Counted from the first letter of the stretch, positions 37,717 through 51,514 are shown. The stretch: 64,000 bases of DNA from Amoebidium appalachense (GCA_963693365.1 CAVNZM010000001.1:17966783-18030782); one strand, 5' to 3'. Notes: generated by a model not told the origin, from the letters alone. Numbers and translations are program-made.

Positions 37717-38140
37717 CGACGCAAGGGGGTAGCTGGTTGAGAGGGAGGGGGGAGGGAGGAGGGAGAGGAGGGGAGGGGGGAGAGAGAGGGGAATGACGTA
37801 CCCAGCGATGAAGCACAGGGCCCAACCAGCAGTAAAGACGCCAAAGCTCCAATCGAGCTTAAAGACAGAGTTGATGTCTTGGCCGTTAGTGCCTGTGCCA
37901 TTGTAGATGGACCCCACAAAGATGGCCATGGCCATCATCCCGAAAATTCCTCCGATCGACGTAATGAGCCCCCCAGAGCGACCAAATCGCATGGAATCAA
38001 GGAAACCAGACGCGGCACCAAGGGAAATAGCACCGAAAAACGTAAAGGAGAGAGCCATAATGGCAAAGGCACGGGTGGCCTGATAAGCGGCACAGTTGTC
38101 CAGGGCCCATATGGGGTAGGTCACGCAGACAGCGTTCCAG

Positions 38141-38210
<70 letters not shown>

Positions 38211-38536
38211 AAAATGAGTTAGATACCGTGGTAGAATGGAGTGATGGAGGATGAACCAGAGCAAAATAGCAATGGAGTCTGATACCGGAAGTGGGAGGAC
38301 GGGTAGTGATAGAAGGGGTGGATGTCATTGGGACATTAATGGTGAGAGCAAAGTGGAGAGTAGGAACAGAGAAGCCCAAGAGTGGTGGTGCATTAAAACA
38401 GCCTAGGAATTCAACAGGTGAAGGCCATAGGGAACCTAACATGGGTTTGAAACAGGGACCCACCAAACTAAAGGAGGGGCTAGCGGTGGAAGGACGGAGG
38501 GTGGGGGGACGGAGGGTGGGGGTGGTGTGCGTGTAT

Positions 38537-38574
<38 letters not shown>

Positions 38575-38980
38575 TGCAGAAAAGCACGGGAGAGCTAGAT
38601 TGGTGTTGCGGAAGTGAGGTCTTGATGTGTGTACGTGTCTTTATGTGCTTGTAAGCAGCTATGGGTGTCTTAGTTGTGCTTCGATAAACGGGTAGAATGT
38701 GTATACGGATAAGGGGAGATGGAGAGTGGAAGGGAAGAGGGGGAGGGGGGAGGGAGGGGGGTAGGGGTGGAGGGGGGGGAGGGAGGGAGGGGGGAGGGGG
38801 GGGAGAACATACGTTGATCCAACCGCAGACCTGCATGTCACACCAGTAGTTCACCCCCGCACACGACGTGTCTCCTTGCGGGGTAGACACCACACAGGCC
38901 TGCCACAGCCCAAAGTGGTCCAGCGTGGCATTCTGCGCATTGTACACGGCTGGAGGAGGTGGGGGTGGGGGGTGTTTTTT

Positions 38981-39011
<31 letters not shown>

Positions 39012-39410
39012 AAGAAGTGGTGAGAAGGTTGTGTGGCACGTGTGGAAACAAACAAACACGCGGGGGCGGGGAAGGAGGAAGGAAAGGGGGAGGGGCGGGG
39101 GGGGGTGCGATGGGGTTGAGGGCGGGAAAAGGTAACGGTTTTCATACTTGCAGTTCGTCAAAATACGGATATTTGGCTGGTAGTCATGCGAGCGTTGAAG
39201 CATGCACTTGAAAAGCCGAGGCTGCCAAAAGCATTGCAAAGCACTCCGTGAAAAAACACTGTCAAAAGACCCCTTTCCTACACCACAGCTTGTGTGAGTG
39301 CACGTACCTGGCTGTGAAGTTGCCACCCACACACGGGTGGATGTTCCGAGTGCGATCAAGAAGCAGCCGACGGCCGCCAGAACGGTTGGCGCAGCGAGCA
39401 GTTTACCCAT
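37262..39410 (-). CDS. Claudin/PMP22-like four-transmembrane protein, 4 exons, ~215 aa
   Basis: Exons 39410-39308, 38949-38813, 38142-37802, 37328-37262 join in phase. TM1 followed by STRVW...HFGLWQAC...C (W-GLW-C-C signature), YQATRAFAIMAL before TM2, and LDWSFGVFTAGWALCFIAG in TM4. Confidence 0.82.
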
Positions 39411-40393
39411 TATAACGAGTGGTGAGAAAAAAGGTATATATCCTAAATGGTTTTATCACACAGCTGAGGAGTGTTTTATCCGTTTGGGGGTTGTTGCAAG
39501 GTCGCTGTTCAACTGGAATACGAGACACAAACTACAACAAGCCACGTTTTGCTGAAGGTCAAACTCAAAAAGGTTTGACTTTTTATATGTGGCAGGTTTG
39601 CATGCATACCAAATTTTAACTGGTGTATACCTATCTCGCATAGAGTGTTGTATTTATGCCTCCTGTGTAAACCCCCCTCCTGTCTTACTGGTAATTTTTT
39701 TTTTCTTTTGACTGGATTTATTCGACGGAAAGATATGCAAGTATGCACGGCATACTGAACACACACCTATCAACATGCTTGCGATTAAAAAGTTCAGCAC
39801 AAAAGTGGCACCAGCGGCGATAGAAACAAAAATTACAACGCCACTGCACAACTTCCCAGGCAATATCAGCATCAGAGCACCATACAGACTTATCTACTAG
39901 GGTGGTATCCATATGTACAGCAGGAGAAATATATCCTGCCAAAGCTCCCAAAAAGCGATAATGATCAGTACGGTGTTGCCTAAGGAACATAACACATGCC
40001 GACTGGTAATTTCGAATAGCTGTGCCCATAGGTGGTCTTACTTATACGTTATCCAAAACTAAGGTATCGCGTTTATCTATTCTGATTTATGCCCTATCAG
40101 TGTGAGAACCGCTCACAGACACAGAAGTTCAACCATGACGTTGATTGGCTATGAATGTTTATGCAAGCAGGGGTTGAATTACGACTCAAATTCTACCCCC
40201 AACAAACACGATGAATAAGAGGCATTCGATTAGTAAAAGCGACCGATACGGGGGTCAAAATCACCGGATTTTGCCCAAATACATTTAAAAAAAACGCGAA
40301 CCCTTCAGTGACGTCACGCAAGCATAATGAAATGGTGACGTCACTCACAGTCACGGTGAATCGTTGACAACTTATGTACAGGTACAGGTATCA

Positions 40394-42269
<1,876 letters not shown>

Positions 42270-43720
42270 CTGTATTCGCTTCTGGGGGGGCCCGGCCAAG
42301 GCCTCCTAAATAGCACACAGGACAGGGAGGCCTTGGGCCCGGCCCGGCCGGCGGGCTGCTGTTTCTTTCTGAATCTTTCACCCCAAATCATTGGTTATCA
42401 CGTGCAGGAAGCACTTCTTATTTACACAGGGCCTTTCTAAATGGCGTCGATGGCGTATCCATCCCAATTGCCATGATCCTGTTCGCATGGATCCTTGCAC
42501 ACGTGCCACAGTATGCGCATTATATGTGGGCATAAATGCATGTGGTACCATCACAATCACCACAAAAAATGCTCCTTTGCCACTTTGGGCCCTTGGCCCA
42601 TGCGAGCACCAACGCTTCATAATATGTTATCGTTTTGTTACGGTATCGCAAGCACTGGCACCGATCGAACGGGGCAAGCCGCCATTTCAAACCCAGGCAA
42701 ATCTATCCTACGACGAACATTCCAGATCTAGACCGAGTTGAACACCGACGTTTTCAGGGCCAAATTGGGCACTCTAGATCTGGGGCCCAGCCGCTGTCTC
42801 GAGCTCATTCGACGGCCTACTGCGCTTTCCAGCGCAGCCAATCAAATGCAGCTAGTGACATATGTAAATGCTAAGCAACACACCCAAGACTTTCCATTTT
42901 GGTCAATCCGATCAAGCCGTTTTGGGCGAGGCGAGGAGGGCAACAGAAATTGATTTCAGCGCAAAATTGTAACGTGCACAAGCGACAATTATGTATGCTA
43001 TGTATAATGTATTTCTTGCACAAAACAACAAAATACAACAACTTTATTATATAAAAAAGGTTTATGTTATCAAAATATTATAAAAGTTTGGTTTTTAGAT
43101 GATTTAGTTTCTCCGTCTCTATGCGATGGCGGCCCAGCTTCAATGAAACATTTGTTGCCGTACTCTGCCTCAAACGAAGATCACTACAAACGAAGGAACC
43201 GGCTCAGCAGGGAGGATCGATTGATTGGGCGCCGGCAGCAATCGGATTATCTAAACTGATTGGGACCGAGAATTCGTTTAAAAACTTTTGAGCGCTTTGA
43301 TTGGGACCGAGAATCCCTTTAAAACAAATTCCAAATTGGCCAGATGACACGGCAGTCTTACCCCTGGCATCCGACCGTATTATAACAAAATAATACGCAG
43401 CGAGGAATGTACAAGGGTGTACACACTTTTTATTGCGTGGACACTGCCGGAGGCCCAGCCACATTCGACGGCCTACTGCGTTTTCCAGCGCAGCCAATCA
43501 AATGCAGCCAGTGACATATGTACATGGGGTTTACGCTGTTTACTCGAGGCAAAGAGAACCAGTCTCAGGTATGGGGGGGGGGGGTTTGCTCGGAATATCC
43601 CCTCAGCGGTATATCATGATCACGTACATAGATGTCGGGTGGTGACTATATATCAGGGTTTACTTTCTCTACGAGACACCATAAAGACTACAAGGAGAAA
43701 TCAATTAGTTGGGGTTCCCC

Positions 43721-43760
<40 letters not shown>

Positions 43761-43792
43761 GGGCTCCCCTCGGGACACTCGGTATCAGCTGG

Positions 43793-43849
<57 letters not shown>

Positions 43850-43869
43850 TGTGTGTGTGTGCGCGTGCG

Positions 43870-46800
43870 CTATAATTTTGTAGTGATGTGTTTCTCAAGC
43901 CAATCAATACATCTAATAAACAGGTCGTAGTTACGCGTGTTTAGTATAAAATCAAGGATGTTGTAATTTACAGGTAGGCTATCTTTCTGGGTGTCTGTTG
44001 TGAATGTGACGTGTGTGTGTTGCGGTATTATGTGGTCTATCAAACTACATTTGGCGATACATGACCGGTTAAACTGGTGTGTGTGTGTGTTGTTTGGGCA
44101 TGCAAATGATGCCACCTTATACTTATTAGATCTCCACTGTATAGCACGTGTACAGTAAAAGCGTGGTAATTGATCAATAATACCATCAGCTAGAGAAAGA
44201 CCAGTTCTACAGGAAGGTAATATGTATTTAGGTGTTATACACTTGCGAGTGCCATATTTGGCAATATGGTTGAGGCGGTCAGTATATATAAAACGAGACA
44301 TAAGGCTTAGTTTTTCAAGGTGTATGCTTTCATCGGGTCTAGTGTCGTGTGGTATCTTTTTCCATTTGTTATATTGCGTGATTATCTTGTGATTGTGTAC
44401 ATGTTTAATAAGTAAGTGGCAGTCCAAAGTCACACACACACTATTGCGGGGTTTATTTGTATTTGTGCCCAGGGGAGAAGGGGAGAGAGAGGGGAGGAAA
44501 GAGGGGAGAGGTGAGGAGGGGACAGGTCGGATAGAGAAGAGAGGGTGGGAGGGCAAATACTTCTTTAAGCGGCTTATGTGCTTATTGAATTTCAGCGCGA
44601 GATAGGATACTCTAGCAGCTATTGGGACCAGACCATATATCGAGAGCGTTACAGGCCCAAGTTTACAACAGTTGTTAGATAGAAAGGAGGCAACTTCTGC
44701 TTCAAGGAAATTTGCCAAGGGTTTAAGCGCTCTAGTTCTCTCTTTCTTGATCCAAGCGGCGAGAAGGGGTAAACCATATTCACATGCCGGGAAGACAAAA
44801 GTGCGAATAAATGTAAGTCTAATAGAAGGATGGAGGGGTGTGTCTTTAAAAATATTAGCCGAGAAGAAAGCTAACCGCTTACGAGCCAACTCTACCCTCT
44901 TTTCGACCATATGGGGAAACATAACACCAACAGAATCAACCGGAACACCAAGATATTTGTATTCTGGAACTATAGGTACAGGTTTAGATGATAATGTAAA
45001 TGTGTGTAAATTGTTAGCTATATCAGGTACAAGAACACCACATTTGTCTATGTTAAGGATCATAAGGTTTGCCTTGCACCACTCTGACACTACATCGAAC
45101 AATCTTTGCAGGCGTCTAGGGGTACGGGCAAGGAGGGACAGATCATCAGCATAGAGAAGTGCAGGCGGAAAGTTATTAATAGGGTCATCGTTTTCGGCGT
45201 AAATCTTGACAGCCAAATCATCTATAAATAGGTTAAACAAAAAGGGGCTAAGCAATGAACCCTGCAAGAGACCTCTAGTACGAGCAAAACCATATGAAAG
45301 ATGCCCATTAACCACAGCTCTACCATAGGTTTGAGACAAGAGTGCTTCTAACAGAACACCAATGCAGTGTGGTACACCCCGTGCAGCAAGCTTTTCCCAT
45401 AGGAGACCAGGGGAGACAGAATCGTAAGCAGTTTTCCAATCAATAAAGCCAACATATTGTGCACCAACTTGCATAGAATCGTGCAGTGCCATTATTTGAA
45501 CATAACATGAATTGTTTTTACGAAAAGCGGATTGGCATGGGTGTATGTGAAGAATAGATTGAAACCTAGGGTGATGTGCAAATAACCTAAGTAAGCAAGC
45601 TTCAAAGAATCTACGAACAACCTGGGTTAGTGTAATGGGGCGAAAGGATGATATGGGGCCCTCAGAGTCCTTCTTAACTATGGGGATCACTAAGGTATCT
45701 AACCAAGATGACGGGACATGTCCACATTTAACACACCAAGAAAAGAGAGAGCTTAACATGATAGTAAGATCAGGTTTAATAGCACGATCACTTTCCTTTT
45801 GTGGGTAGGAGGGAACAAGGATTTTAAGAAACCCAGCAGGGAGTCCATCAGGTCCACAAGACTTACTAGAGCTATAACTAGATATCACAGACCATATGGC
45901 ATCGGGACTGAAAAAGGGGAGGATCGATTCTATGGGGATAGATGGGTCTACAGGCCACACAATAGGTTTCTGAGCGGGGGTCCTATCTTTAAACAGTTCC
46001 GAGAAATACTTATCAGAGTCTATGAGGGGGTCTCCAGTGGTATCACCAATAATACGAGCAGGGGGGCCAAATCGATTCATACTAGCAAGCCGGCGCAAGC
46101 TTTCCTTTTGAGACAGGGGTTCACCTAGTCTAGCGGGAGTGGTGTTTGGTAACAAGAGAGCATCGGGATATTCCTTCCTACCACCGCCAGCATAATCACC
46201 GAGATCTATCAAATCATCAACAATAAAGTTAGTGCATGTATCTAGTACGAGATGTGAATCTGGCCTGGCTTGTGCAGATTCTAATAGGCGCATATATATA
46301 GGGTGTTTCGTAGCATAGCATACACATACATCAACTCTACCCCACTGTGACTTAAGCTGGGATAGACGGAGGCGAAAGGTGGGAGGGGGAGGGGGGAGCA
46401 GATCAAGGGAGATCTTAGGTAGGAAAAGGATAGGAGAGTGGTCAGATGACCTAGAGAGGTTAGGAGGGAGAGAGAGTTTTGACATGGTTGATGGCCAACA
46501 GGCCACTCCCCAGTCGGTGTTGTGGGCATGGGATATTTGAGGGAACCGCAAAGTGTGACTTTGGACATACCTTGCTAAAGGGATAGCACGCTCCGGGGGC
46601 TTAGATGGGTACCCGACACTCACTTGCAGTGTGTCTGTGTGGTGGAGTCGCGTGTTAAAATCACCTAAAATAACAGTGGACATTGGTAACTGTGACAACT
46701 CGTGAGTCAATTCGACAACCGACATAGATGGTGGGTAATATACAAAAGTAAAAACATTAGAAAGAAACTCTATAGAAACCGAGAATTCCGTTTTTGCTAC

Positions 46801-47063
46801 CGGTTTGCACTTCACTCTCACGTGTGGTGCGGCAAGTACAATAATGCCTCGGTTTTTCGCGTAACCGGGGTGTGTGGATGTGTCGACCAATGTAGAGTTG
46901 AATTTGTGGTGGTTTTTAAACTGTGTTTCGCAAATCACTGTAAACGTGTGGTTGTTTGTCTGTTGTTGTATGTAGCTGATTTTATCGTCGAGTGTCCCGG
47001 GGGGAGGCCCTTTTGGGGGCCCAGTGTCCGAGCATTCCAGAAGAAGAAGGATAAATTAGGCAT
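43870..47063 (-). CDS. LINE ORF2: AP-endonuclease + reverse transcriptase; N-terminus (ATG 47063) is out of frame with the body by -1
   Basis: APE motifs FWNARTL (ATG frame), then VICETQF, VILGDFN, SSDHSPI. RT motifs KSCGPDGL, FRPITL, QSAFR, FIDWKTAYDSV, GLLQGSLLSPFLFNLFIDDL, LLYADDL, YKYLGV. More than 1000 uninterrupted codons to TAG at 43870. Confidence 0.92.
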
Positions 47064-47850
47064 CGGTTTGGTCCGACACCTGTGGGGTTGGTTCCCACTT
47101 GTCGCTTACGGGGTCGTATGCACGACCTTCCGCCAGCGCGAACAGTTCGCAGAAGAGCTCGATTTCCATCTCGCATCGGCGTTTGCGCTCGAGCAGTTTC
47201 TCACCAGAAAACATTGGTTCCTTCGTGTCCGTGTCTATCACGCTCGTAGCATCGTTTTCCAACTTTGCGAGGAACTCTTTTGCCTTGCTGATGCGTACAC
47301 GACAACGTGTGGCGCACGCATTCTTAGCAGACACTTTACGTTCTTTGTCTGCTTTCTGAATGTTTTCCGGCGCGCATGGGTCGTAGCTTGGGAGGTGGGT
47401 GAAGAAGCTTCCACACCCCTTTGTCGCGTCACGGATGAACGCACGGTTATAGTCGCCCCGTACTGCTACTTCCAGCACATCGTATCCAATGAAGGACAGA
47501 CAAAGGATGCGAGAGCACCGGAAGCCGAGAGCCTTGAAGATGGACCACATGGCCCTGTGTGGGCGTCTGCCGTGCTTGACTTTGAAATACACCCTCTCGT
47601 ATTTGGGTGGGATGTTGATGTTACCGTTTGCTTGGGTGTTCCCCTTAGCCGGCGGTTTGGGAGGGGAGTTGCGGCGGTACTCGTTGCCTGCAAGAATGCT
47701 GGCATATGTTTCCTTGGCAATTTGGCGGAGCTCGGGTGTTTTACGAGAGTTCGCATATTCTAGGAACTCTGCCGGGAGCTGTGCTTCCGGTCCTGTGTTG
47801 TTTTGTGTTGGGGTGGAATATGTACATGCTAGGCAACAATGAGCGCCATC
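47056..47850 (-). CDS. LINE ORF1 (no in-frame ATG seen at its 5' end; probably 5'-incomplete)
   Basis: The frame stays open upstream of the listed 47592 start (…PAEFLEYANSRKTPELRQIAKETYASILAG…YERVYFKV…IFKALGFRCSRILCLSFIGYDVLEVAVRGDY…). It lies directly upstream of ORF2, and its TAA falls just inside the start of the ORF2 ATG frame (GATGCCTAA). Confidence 0.65.
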   Translation of the reverse strand, partial: DGAHCCLACTYSTPTQNNTGPEAQLPAEFLEYANSRKTPELRQIAKETYASILAGNEYRRNSPPKPPAKGNTQANGNINIPPKYERVYFKVKHGRRPHRAMWSIFKALGFRCSRILCLSFIGYDVLEVAVRGDYNRAFIRDATKGCGSFFTHLPSYDPCAPENIQKADKERKVSAKNACATRCRVRISKAKEFLAKLENDATSVIDTDTKEPMFSGEKLLERKRRCEMEIELFCELFALAEGRAYDPVSDKWEPTPQVSDQTDA

Positions 47851-48735
47851 GTAGTATATGACACCCCATATTATGGGTAAGCAGAGGCTAGCATCGGTAG
47901 CTCCGAAAAAAAGTTAAGGCACCGGATCACAATATCATACTGTGCAGCATTAATAAGGTGATCTAGGAGAATCATCTTAAAACGGATATATTAATGTACA
48001 ATACGCATTGATCGGATTTGCAATATTTGGGTTAATCCCGCATTGAATCGATTTAACATTTTCGAAGCCTGGCTGCGGGAGCACGGGGAGGCATGACACA
48101 TCGCCATCGCGAACACGCACCGCCACACGTACGCACGTGGCAAGTGGCTTGTTGTATCGCAAAATAATCTTTTCAATCATAGTACTTGTATGGGTTTATA
48201 CCTTTGTTCATGTAGTTAGATTAATATTTAAAAAGTATAAAGTTAAAACATTGTCGATTGAAAGAATACGGTATGCGCAAAACTGCACCACGAGCAGTAA
48301 GTGGTTTCCTAAAAACTGAGCTGCGTATGACGTTGCGTATTATACATTTTTTGTATAATACGCTTAATTCACCCCTTTTTGCCCTCCTCCGGGCAAAAAT
48401 GCGGATATATCGGCATTATATATTTTTTGTTATAATACCGATGCCGGGGTTACGCAGTCGCGATCGACGCTCCGACGAACTTTGTGCAAGGCCCGGCAAC
48501 ACGCGTGGAGCCACAACTTGGCACAAGGTATAACCGTGCGAATATTGGCGCAGTATAGTCGTAGGACGCGTGAACAAGTTCACAACTTTGCCGTGACAAG
48601 TATTGGTATTGTGCCCGTGTGTATACGAACGATGGCAGAAGTAGGCTGATATGACAAAACACACACCCGCACGCACACACATGTCCACACCACTGACACA
48701 CACGGACACGCATGCGGACAATTGCAAGTGCACAG

Positions 48736-48804
<69 letters not shown>

Positions 48805-49480
48805 CACACAAACACACATGTACACACACACACGTTTGCATCCACACACTCTTGCACACCGAGACACACACGTATGCATGGCCGACTCTCTGAGTGCGGG
48901 CCAGCACACACGGACGTACCCGCGCGCGCACACAGACAAAACAGCATATCAAGTTATGTTGGTTGCGAAGAGTAATGCTGCCGGGACATGGGCCTCCCAG
49001 CACTTTCCAGCCTGACGCCAATATGTACACGAATGCGTCGTGCCATGGCATCATGGGTGGTTCGTGGCTTGGGTATTCCGCAGTGTGTTCGCAAACACTT
49101 GTGCCGGTTTTATTCAACTCAGACAAATCTGCTGAGCTATAGAGGAGAATCAGACAGCACCTTGTGCTGTTTGTACAGCGCTGCTGTCTGACAGTGTAGT
49201 GCGGTCACCCATATGCATGGTGCTGCAGGCTGCCATGGCCAGGCCGAGGCTGAGGTGAGCGGGTTGATCGATTAGCTCATTGAGCACCAGTGACGTCACT
49301 GACGCCGATTCGATTGGCTAAATGGATCAAGCTTTGTGACGTCACATCATCAGATGGCTCAGGACGATCGCCCGGCAACTTGTGAATCAGTTCACTTCAC
49401 CGTTTGCATTCTCGAGACGTCCAGCGCGGCATGCCAGGGCAAGTTGGACTCGTATTAAAAAACCGGTTGCATCATTGTAC

Positions 49481-49550
49481 GTACTCAGTGAAGTAGGCAC
49501 ATAGTATGTACTTAGTGAAGTAGGCACATAGTATGTACTCAGTGAAGCAG
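49481..49550. repeat. 27-bp tandem repeat x ~2.6 upstream of the K+ channel gene
   Basis: Unit gtactcagtgaagtaggcacatagtat. Confidence 0.8.
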
Positions 49551-49602
49551 GTACATGTCTCTCACTTGATTTACCCGTTCACAGTAAAGCACACTGAAAA
49601 CC

Positions 49603-50880
49603 ATGGCCATGGAAGCCCAAACAGACCCACCTCCAGCCCCTGCCGCTGGGCCGACCATAACCATAATTCCTGCAGACGAACAGGACAATTTCACACATCA
49701 ACAGCAAGAAGAAACCACGATACAACCATCAGACACTATAGAGTTACAGGCACCAGCTTCAGCTGCGCGAGAACCTAACGACATACCACAAGACGTTGGC
49801 TCCGAGTCATCATCCACACCCAAACAGAACACAGATTCCATGTTAAATGTGCCTTCAAAGCGCACAAAGGCACACTTGAAAACATTTGGGGTGACAAGAG
49901 TAACAGCAAAAACATTGGCGAAGAAGGTCGCTCAAGCTTTTCGAGGGCCTTTTTTCTGTTTTTTTGCCATTTTGATGTATATTTTTCTGGGCGCAATAGC
50001 CTTCAGCGAGTTTGAGGATACACAGTATTATCCGCACTCCGTCTACTGGGCGGTGGTGACTCTGTTTACCGTCGGTTATGGTGACATGGTTCCAACGACA
50101 CCTGCAATGAAGGCTTTCACATGCGTGTATATCTTGATAGGTATAACCGGTATTGTGTCGTGTATATCTGTGATTACTTCGGCGGTAACGGAGAGCAGGT
50201 TACAGATTCGTGCTGCCAGAAGAGTGAACGATAAGATTGACAGAGCAGAGTCGCTGGCCAAGAGCACCGTACTCTCTCTGGTGAAGGATTCAACACATGT
50301 GGCGGTAGATAACAAGGAAACAGGCAAGGATGAGGACGGGTCGTTCCTACCGCACTTGGCAAGGCAGGCAGCCGTTGTAGTGCTGAAGATATTTGCCGTT
50401 CTGTTTTTTATTTCCTTTATTGGAATCACCTTTTTTATGCGGAGAGAGGACCTTGGATTCGCAGACGCCATCTACCTGACCATCGTCACACTTTCCACGG
50501 TCGGGTACGGAGACATACCCTTGAACGAAACATCGCGTAACTTCATGATTATTTTTATCTTTTTCTGTGTGCCCATGTTTACGGCATCGCTGTCGCTGCT
50601 CGTCCAACAGATGAACCAGGTTTTGGAACTTCGAAGAGTAAAAAAATGGACATCACAAGGTGTGACCCGGGAGCTTCTTTTTGAGGCAGATAAGGACGGG
50701 AACGGGACGGTTGACCGACAGGAGTTCACACTGTATTATTTGGAGAAGTTGGGGAGGTTGGACAGTGCGGATTTGGAACTCATTCGTGCCATGTTTGATA
50801 GGTATGATAGGGATGGAAGCGGGGTGCTGGACATAAACGATCTACCTGTTGAGTCTGCCACAAAGGATGTGCCTTGTTGA
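49603..50880 (+). CDS. Two-pore-domain K+ channel with two C-terminal EF-hands (TPK/KCO-like), coding region intronless, 425 aa
   Basis: Two pore loops (TLFTVGYGD, TLSTVGYGD), four hydrophobic helices, and EF-hands DKDGNGTVDRQEF and DRDGSGVLDINDL. Confidence 0.93.
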   Translation: MAMEAQTDPPPAPAAGPTITIIPADEQDNFTHQQQEETTIQPSDTIELQAPASAAREPNDIPQDVGSESSSTPKQNTDSMLNVPSKRTKAHLKTFGVTRVTAKTLAKKVAQAFRGPFFCFFAILMYIFLGAIAFSEFEDTQYYPHSVYWAVVTLFTVGYGDMVPTTPAMKAFTCVYILIGITGIVSCISVITSAVTESRLQIRAARRVNDKIDRAESLAKSTVLSLVKDSTHVAVDNKETGKDEDGSFLPHLARQAAVVVLKIFAVLFFISFIGITFFMRREDLGFADAIYLTIVTLSTVGYGDIPLNETSRNFMIIFIFFCVPMFTASLSLLVQQMNQVLELRRVKKWTSQGVTRELLFEADKDGNGTVDRQEFTLYYLEKLGRLDSADLELIRAMFDRYDRDGSGVLDINDLPVESATKDVPC

Positions 50881-51514
50881 CGGGAGATTGTATACTGGCC
50901 ACCATTATGCTGTGCCCGCGTGCTTGAGCGTTACTCGCGCGCCGCTTGGTAGAACCGTGTGTTCAACGAATGTGTTATGTACGAAAGATATAAAGGATGG
51001 CTGGAGAAGCCAGTGAATGATGGGTGAAACGGGAGCCCCCCCGAGGGGGGGGGGGGGGGAGGTTGAAGGGGAAGGGGGAGGGGGGGGGGGGGGGGGTGGG
51101 ATCGGGGAGAGGGGAGGAGGAGGGGGGGGGGGGGGGATAGGATGCTTACAGTAGTATTAGTTGTCCTCTAAAAGTTATTTTTCCGTTAGTTGTACCTAAC
51201 ACATAGGTTAACTTACAAAATTAGTATTGTTTTTGAACATAGTACGTGGCAACTCTTTAAGCACCACCATTCGCCTTTCCAACGCCCATTTTCGTTTTTA
51301 TAGCTCGTGACACAATTTGCAGGCAGAAAAACCACCGCCTATATCTGGGCATCTGTACTGGCTGCATGACTGGCCTTTTAGGGTAGCATGTATGAATGAG
51401 ATAATATATAGAGAATTAAGAAAAAAGTAGGAATATGCGTATGTACGGTATAATTTTCTTTTTTTTTTCTCTTTTTTTTCCTCTTTCTTTTCCTCTATTT
51501 TTTGGATAAACGAT

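Larger units (their letters stand above)
43722..47900 (-). mobile_element. Non-LTR retrotransposon (LINE) with ORF1, APE-RT ORF2, (CA)n-containing 3' UTR and poly(A) tail; 5' boundary uncertain
   Basis: ORF1 and ORF2 lie on the minus strand. The poly-T at 43722-43756 on + is the poly(A) tail. No target-site duplication found. Confidence 0.9.

Noticed and set aside
39654-40029. ORFs upstream of the claudin-like gene
   Set aside because: No motif or splice support; likely UTR/intron or intergenic DNA.
46702-47763. 353-aa plus-strand ORF
   Set aside because: It is the antisense shadow of LINE ORF1/ORF2, with no recognisable protein features.
47850-48200. Target-site duplication or 5' ribozyme of the LINE
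   Set aside because: No convincing copy of the 3' flank (gttggggttccccg) is present. Local stems (atgctag/ctagcat, cccata/tatggg) do not match a known ribozyme fold.
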